Shown: in pieces, positions 15,431 to 20,335 of the stretch
Layout: each line of letters begins with the position of its first letter
Position numbering within the stretch: position 1 is the first letter of the stretch
Assembly: GCA_043810635.1 (NCBI GenBank)
Contig: JBDRNY010000074.1
Span: forward strand, 1 to 20,335
Length of the DNA: 20,335 nucleotides
DNA from: Candidatus Micrarchaeota archaeon
GTDB lineage: Archaea; Micrarchaeota; Micrarchaeia; Anstonellales; Anstonellaceae
Reading direction: 5' to 3'
The notes under the pieces: generated by a model
The model's input: the letters and a program-made list of their open reading frames with translations, nothing else
Told to the model about the DNA's origin: nothing
The model's database searches: none
Position numbers and translations under genes: made by a program

Positions 15431-15685
15431 ATGCCAGAAAAAAGAATAACAGAAGTAATAGGGCTTATGGAAATGCTTATGGAAGATGCCTCAGTTCCAA
15501 AAAATATACGGAAAGTTGTGCAGGAGGCAAGGGACCATCTTAAGAAGGATGATGAGGTTTCCACACGCGTATCTTCGGCAGTGCAGTCATTGGTGCAAAT
15601 TTCAGAGGATATTAATATGCCCATGCACGCCCGCACCCAGGTGTGGACCATCCTCTCGGCACTCGAATCCATAAAAACAGGCTAA
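15431..15685 (+). CDS. UPF0147 family archaeal protein
   Basis: 84 aa with 'EDASVPKNIR' and 'ISEDINMPMHARTQVWTILSALE', characteristic of UPF0147. Confidence 0.88.
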   Translation: MPEKRITEVIGLMEMLMEDASVPKNIRKVVQEARDHLKKDDEVSTRVSSAVQSLVQISEDINMPMHARTQVWTILSALESIKTG

Positions 15686-15751
15686 AATATCCAGTGGAAA
15701 GTTACCTCCCCCTTATTTTTAATTATCAGCTTCCTACTCTTATTGAATAAT

Positions 15752-16729
15752 ATGAAAGAAGACATCGAACTCCTGTATTCTGCAAACATCCGGCTTTCGG
15801 TTGATGCTTACAAATTCATGCTAAATAATAAAATTCCTGAAGATGCAATGAAAAACATCCTCTCATCCACCACTCCCTTCCTTTCTTTGGAAGATGTGAA
15901 GAATGCGATTGCGCAAAGCTCGAAAATTCCGATGCCTTATGCTTCAAAAAAAGCAGAAATAATTGAAAAAGGGGAAAAAGTGTATTCCCACTCCCCTAAA
16001 AAAACCGAAGAACTCGAGAAAGGAGCGGAAGGAAGTATGCGGGAGGAAAAAGAAAGCGGGATGCGGGAGAAGGCAAAAGAAAGAAGTAGTGGGGAGGAAA
16101 AGAAAGAATCTGAAATTTCAAAAATAAAAACCGAAATAATCCGGGCTTCAAAATTCAACCCTGTTGCAAAAGAGCATTCCCCGAAAATAAAAATAAATTC
16201 CCATGCAGACGTATCCGGCCAGTCAAGGTGCATGGGCACTGTTGATGATTTTATATCATACTTCCGCGACAGGTACAGGCAGGAAGCCGCAATTTTAAGG
16301 GGCAGGACAACAAACCTCCCCATACTAAGGGTTGACGCATTAAGCAAAAATACCGGCACAAAGGCAAGAATAATCGCAATGGTTGCAGACAAAAGAATAA
16401 CTTCAAAAGGAAACCTCTGGCTTGAAGTGGAAGACGAATACGGGCGGGCAAAAGTGATAATTCCTTCAAAAGAAAAATGTTTTGAAGAGGCAAAAAATAT
16501 TTTGAAAGATGATGTGCTTGCAATTGACGGGAAAGTGAACCCTAATTTCTTTATTGCAAACAGCATAACCTGGCCAGATATACCCATAATAAGGAGCGAG
16601 CCGAAATGCGAAGAAGATGTTGCAATTGCATATTTGTCTGACTTGCATCTGGGAAGCAGGTATTTTCTTGAAAATAATTTCAAAAAATTCCTGAGATGGA
16701 TTTGGGCGAGGAAGGAAATTCCAAATTAG
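15752..16729 (+). CDS. polB: DNA polymerase D small subunit DP1, N-terminal part (frameshifted near 16700)
   Basis: 'GTVDDFISYFRDRY', OB fold 'MVADKRITSKGNLWLEVEDEYG...LKDDVLAIDG', 'ITWPDIP', and first phosphoesterase motif 'YLSDLHLGSRYFLENNFKKFLRW'. Confidence 0.88.
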   Translation: MKEDIELLYSANIRLSVDAYKFMLNNKIPEDAMKNILSSTTPFLSLEDVKNAIAQSSKIPMPYASKKAEIIEKGEKVYSHSPKKTEELEKGAEGSMREEKESGMREKAKERSSGEEKKESEISKIKTEIIRASKFNPVAKEHSPKIKINSHADVSGQSRCMGTVDDFISYFRDRYRQEAAILRGRTTNLPILRVDALSKNTGTKARIIAMVADKRITSKGNLWLEVEDEYGRAKVIIPSKEKCFEEAKNILKDDVLAIDGKVNPNFFIANSITWPDIPIIRSEPKCEEDVAIAYLSDLHLGSRYFLENNFKKFLRWIWARKEIPN

Positions 16730-17394
16730 CGGGAAAAGTAAAATATATTGTAATTGCAGGGGATATTGTTGATGGAATAGGCATATATCCCACGCAGGAA
16801 AACGAGCTTACAATAAAAGATATTTACGGGCAATACAAGGTATTTGATGAAATAGTGCAGTCATTGCCAGATTATATTGAAATTATCGTAGGGCCTGGAA
16901 ACCATGATGCTGTAAGAAGAGGGGAACCCCAGCCGTATATTCCAATGGAGTTAATCCATTCTGATGTAAAAAAAATCGGCTCCCCTTCCTCACTTGAAAT
17001 AGAGGGTTTCAAGCATTTAGTATACCACGGAACTTCCTTGGATTCTTTGATTGCAAACATGTCAGGGCTTTCTTATGCAAAGCCTGAAGGGCCGATGATT
17101 GAAATGCTTAAGCGTCGCCACCTCTCCCCGATTTACGGGGAAAATTTAATTGTGCCCGAATTAAAAGATTATTTGGTAATTTCCGAAGCCCCGGATGTTG
17201 TGCATATGGGCCATATTCACAAAAACGCTTCAACGAAATACCGCGGCACATTATTGATAAATTCCGGCACATTCCAGGCAAGAACAGATTTTCAGGCAAA
17301 AATGGGGCACATACCCACGCCGGGCATAGTGCCTGTGCTTGAATTAAAAACAAACCAATTAAGCCATTTGAAATTCATGGAGGGCACTGCATGA
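16696..17394 (+). CDS. polB: DNA polymerase D small subunit DP1, C-terminal part (3'-5' exonuclease phosphoesterase motifs)
   Basis: 'AGDIVDGIGIYPTQ', 'PGNHDA', 'YHGTS', 'RRHLSPIYG', 'GHIH', 'NSGTFQARTDFQ'. Continues the upstream ORF in the -1 frame. Confidence 0.9.
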   Translation: MDLGEEGNSKLAGKVKYIVIAGDIVDGIGIYPTQENELTIKDIYGQYKVFDEIVQSLPDYIEIIVGPGNHDAVRRGEPQPYIPMELIHSDVKKIGSPSSLEIEGFKHLVYHGTSLDSLIANMSGLSYAKPEGPMIEMLKRRHLSPIYGENLIVPELKDYLVISEAPDVVHMGHIHKNASTKYRGTLLINSGTFQARTDFQAKMGHIPTPGIVPVLELKTNQLSHLKFMEGTA

Positions 17395-20335
17395 GCGAAG
17401 ATGAAATAAACAATTCAAAAAAGAAAAATGAAAATGATGCAACTAAAGCCGAGCCGAAGGAAGAAAAGAAAAAGGATGATGAAAAAAAACCCGAAAAGGA
17501 AAAGAAGGAAAAAAAGAAAATATTGGGAAGAAACATTCCTGAAATAAAAATAGGAGAAATAGAAAAATTGCTTCCCAAAACCCCGAAATTGGAGGCAAAG
17601 AAGATTGTAAACAAAATAGGCACCACAATTTCAGGCATGCGGAAGAAAAAGGAAATTTTCCCCCACAAAAAAACTTCAGATGAAATGGAAGAATATTTCT
17701 CCTCTTTGCAAAAAGAAATGGAAAAAGCTTATGATATGGCATCCCATGCCCGCTCGCAGGGGCTGGACCCTGAGAAATTTGTTGAAATAAGGCCTGCAGA
17801 AGATGTTGCCGCAAGGGTGGAAGGATTGGTGGGCCCCCCCGGAATTTCAAAAATAATACGCGAGCTTGAAAAAAGCGGAAAAAGCAGGGATATTGTTGCC
17901 TATGAAGTGCTTTTGAAAATATTGAAAGGGGAAATTATCAAAACAACCCAGGAAAAATTAATTGACCAGGGAGTGCGCACTTCAGTATCCATACTTACCG
18001 AAGGGGTGCTTGTTGCGCCTACTGAAGGGATTGCTTCGGTGCAGATACGCTCCCCTTCTTCAGGCCGCCCTCATGATGGAAACCCTGACGGCTCCTCTTA
18101 TTTGGCAATTTCTTTTGCAGGCCCTATACGCTCTGCAGGAGGCACAATTGCAGCCCTTTCTGTTGTATTGGCAGATGTTGCAAGAAAATATTTTTCTATC
18201 GGAAGATACCGCCCCACAGAAACTGAAATTGAAAGATATGTTGAAGAGGTTAATTTGTACAATGACAGGTGCGCCCGCCTGCAATACAAGCCAAGCGATG
18301 ATGAGGTGCGCCATATTGTAAGGGAATGCCCTGTATGCGTGACAGGCGAGCCTACAGAAAAAATTGAAGTGTCTGTTTACAGGGATTTGCCGAGGATGGA
18401 AACAAACAGGGTGAGGGGCGGAATTGCGCTTGTATTATGCGAAGGAATTGCGCAAAAAGCCGCAAAAGTAATGAAATACACTTCAAAAATAGGTTTGGAT
18501 TGGAAATTTTTGGAAGCGCTTACTAAAGGGATGAAAAAAAGCGAAGCCGGAACTTTTGAATTAAAGGAAGATAACAAGTTTATGCAAGAGCTTGTTGCAG
18601 GAAGGCCCATCTTTTCATATTCCATGCGCCCGGGAGGATTCCGCCTGCGCTATGGACGGACAAGGTGCACAGGAATTGCCGCAAAAGCAATCCACCCCGC
18701 AACAATGTATATATTGGATTCATTTCCTGCAATAGGCACCCAATTAAAATTGGAGCGCCCGGGAAAAGGGGCGGTTGTTTCCCCATGTGATTCTATATTG
18801 GGGCCTGTTGTAAAATTAAAAGACGGCTCTGTTGTTGATGTGAAAACCTCCCAGCAGGCAAAAGAAATTTCAAAAGAAGTGAAAGAAGTGCTGTTTTTGG
18901 GGGATTTGCTTATTTCCTACGGGGATTTTCTGAAATCCAACCACCCCCTCATCCCTTCCGGAATTGTGGAAGAGTGGTGGGAAAAAATTGCTGATGCAAA
19001 GCAAATAAAATTTAAGAAAAATATTTCTGCAAAAGAGGCATTCGAACTCTCCCGAAAGCATTCCCTCCCCCTCCACCCGAAATTCACCTATTTTTGGCAT
19101 GACATTTCCTCCCTCCAGCTAAAAGAGCTTGCAGAATGGCTTGAAAAAGGAAAATTAACCCAGGATTTCTTTGGATTAAAATCATTTGAAATAGAATCCT
19201 CCCCCCAGAAAAGAATTTTGGAAATCCTTTGCATCCCCCACGATGTAAAGGGAGGGAAAATAATTATTGAAGGGGAAACTGCATACGCATTGCTTGCAAC
19301 CCTCGGGCTGTTTGATGAAAAAGGAAAATCCCTCTCTTTTTCAGAATTTAGCAAAATATTTGATGAAAAAAAATCCACCCTGGAAAATATTTGCGCTGTT
19401 TCAAAAATAAATATAATGCCAAAAGCCCCGGTGTATATAGGCACCCGCATGGGCCGCCCTGAAAAGGCGAAAAAGAGGGAAATGTCCCCCCCAATCCATG
19501 TGCTGTTTCCGGTAGGCTTCCTCAACAAGTCAAGGCATATTATAAAGCAGTATTCAAAGATGCGCTCTGATGAAAGAAAGGAAGGAAGGGGGGTGGAAGT
19601 TGAAATTGCGAGGCTGAAATGCAAATCCTGCGGGAAAATAAATTTCTCCCTCACCTGCGCCTGGTGCGGAAGCGAATGCTATTGGATGCCGATGTGCAGC
19701 TACTGCTCCCGCTCCTCAACTAAAGAAAGGTGCCAAGTTTGCAATGGAAGAGTGCGCTATTTTGACAAGCGCTCCCTGGATTTGGTGCGCGCGGTTGAAA
19801 ATGCAAAAAAAAGGCTTAATGTGCAATCCCTGCCTGACATCAAGGGAGTGCAGGGAATGATTTCAGAATACAAAATACCCGAAATTTTGGATAAAGGTTT
19901 TATCAGGGCAAAATACGGCTTGACTATTTTCCGGGACGCTACATGCAGGTTTGACATGACTGACATGACGCTTACTCATTTCACCCCTTCTGAAATAAAA
20001 GTTTCCGTAAAAAAGCTTGCCGAGTTGGGGTACAATAAAGATATGTTTGACAAGCCATTGAAAAATGAAAACCAGATTATTGCAATAAAGCCCCAGGATG
20101 TTATACTTCCGATTGGCGGGGCAAAGCATTTTTTTGATGTTTCAAAATATATTGATGAAATGCTTGTTGAAATATACCAGATACGCCCCTATTATAATTT
20201 GAAAAGTTATGAGGATTTGCTGGGCCACCTTACAATAGGGCTTTCCCCCCACACTTCTGCAGGAGTGCTTTCCCGCATTATAGGATTTACAAATGCGCGC
20301 GTAGGATTTGCCCACCCATACTTCCATTGTGCAAA
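17391..20335 (+). CDS. polC: DNA polymerase D large subunit DP2; 3' end lies beyond the window
   Basis: Not in the ORF track (no stop). The ATG overlaps the DP1 stop (ATGA) and follows SD GGAGGG. Manual translation is open throughout: ARSQGLDP, ILTEGVLVAPTEGI, FAGPIRSAGGT, GGFRLRYGRTR, GTQLKLERPGKG, RMGRPEKAKKREM, four CxxC Zn knuckles, FRDATCRFD, GLSPHTSAG, ending GFAHPYFHCA just before the catalytic motif. Confidence 0.96.
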   Translation, partial: MSEDEINNSKKKNENDATKAEPKEEKKKDDEKKPEKEKKEKKKILGRNIPEIKIGEIEKLLPKTPKLEAKKIVNKIGTTISGMRKKKEIFPHKKTSDEMEEYFSSLQKEMEKAYDMASHARSQGLDPEKFVEIRPAEDVAARVEGLVGPPGISKIIRELEKSGKSRDIVAYEVLLKILKGEIIKTTQEKLIDQGVRTSVSILTEGVLVAPTEGIASVQIRSPSSGRPHDGNPDGSSYLAISFAGPIRSAGGTIAALSVVLADVARKYFSIGRYRPTETEIERYVEEVNLYNDRCARLQYKPSDDEVRHIVRECPVCVTGEPTEKIEVSVYRDLPRMETNRVRGGIALVLCEGIAQKAAKVMKYTSKIGLDWKFLEALTKGMKKSEAGTFELKEDNKFMQELVAGRPIFSYSMRPGGFRLRYGRTRCTGIAAKAIHPATMYILDSFPAIGTQLKLERPGKGAVVSPCDSILGPVVKLKDGSVVDVKTSQQAKEISKEVKEVLFLGDLLISYGDFLKSNHPLIPSGIVEEWWEKIADAKQIKFKKNISAKEAFELSRKHSLPLHPKFTYFWHDISSLQLKELAEWLEKGKLTQDFFGLKSFEIESSPQKRILEILCIPHDVKGGKIIIEGETAYALLATLGLFDEKGKSLSFSEFSKIFDEKKSTLENICAVSKINIMPKAPVYIGTRMGRPEKAKKREMSPPIHVLFPVGFLNKSRHIIKQYSKMRSDERKEGRGVEVEIARLKCKSCGKINFSLTCAWCGSECYWMPMCSYCSRSSTKERCQVCNGRVRYFDKRSLDLVRAVENAKKRLNVQSLPDIKGVQGMISEYKIPEILDKGFIRAKYGLTIFRDATCRFDMTDMTLTHFTPSEIKVSVKKLAELGYNKDMFDKPLKNENQIIAIKPQDVILPIGGAKHFFDVSKYIDEMLVEIYQIRPYYNLKSYEDLLGHLTIGLSPHTSAGVLSRIIGFTNARVGFAHPYFHCA

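Noticed and set aside
542..20327. Many 60-250 aa ORFs in the track antisense to or overlapping real genes (e.g. 15937-16683 -, 19088-19654 -, 5047-5508 +, 15205-15543 +)
   Set aside because: They are shadow frames of well-supported genes or tRNAs, with no recognisable motifs.
17391..20335. Intein in DP2
   Set aside because: None is visible in the translated part. The usual insertion site near the catalytic motif falls just beyond the window edge, so it cannot be assessed.

Overview
AT-rich archaeal chromosomal segment, most consistent with a DPANN archaeon such as Micrarchaeota (inferred from PolD, a BHB-intron tRNA, a UPF0147 gene, a tandem Lrp/AsnC regulator and TATA-type promoters). The minus strand on the left carries a TPR protein with a signal peptide (truncated by the window edge), a 4xCBS protein with a C-terminal HPF/RaiA-like domain (probable ribosome hibernation factor), argS and a two-module Lrp/AsnC regulator. 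Next come a small ORF and a complete tnpB-only IS200/IS605 (IS1341-type) element at 6164-7540. Both element ends, its TAM (TTAT) and its guide can be read from the sequence, and it appears to have inserted into the TATA box of the downstream thioredoxin-CcdA-like gene. After tRNA-Pro(CGG) lies a copper cluster: membrane-anchored wHTH regulator, CopZ, an uncharacterised Gly/Met-rich membrane protein, a cupredoxin with a Cys/Gly tail, and CopA, with a candidate repeat operator. The rest holds an ATP-cone/PD-(D/E)xK nuclease fusion, a DUF1624-type membrane protein, tRNA-Arg(TCT) with a 75-nt palindromic intron, UPF0147, and PolD DP1 (broken by a 1-nt frameshift) and DP2 (runs off the right edge). 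All family calls come from motif recognition by eye; no database searches were run.
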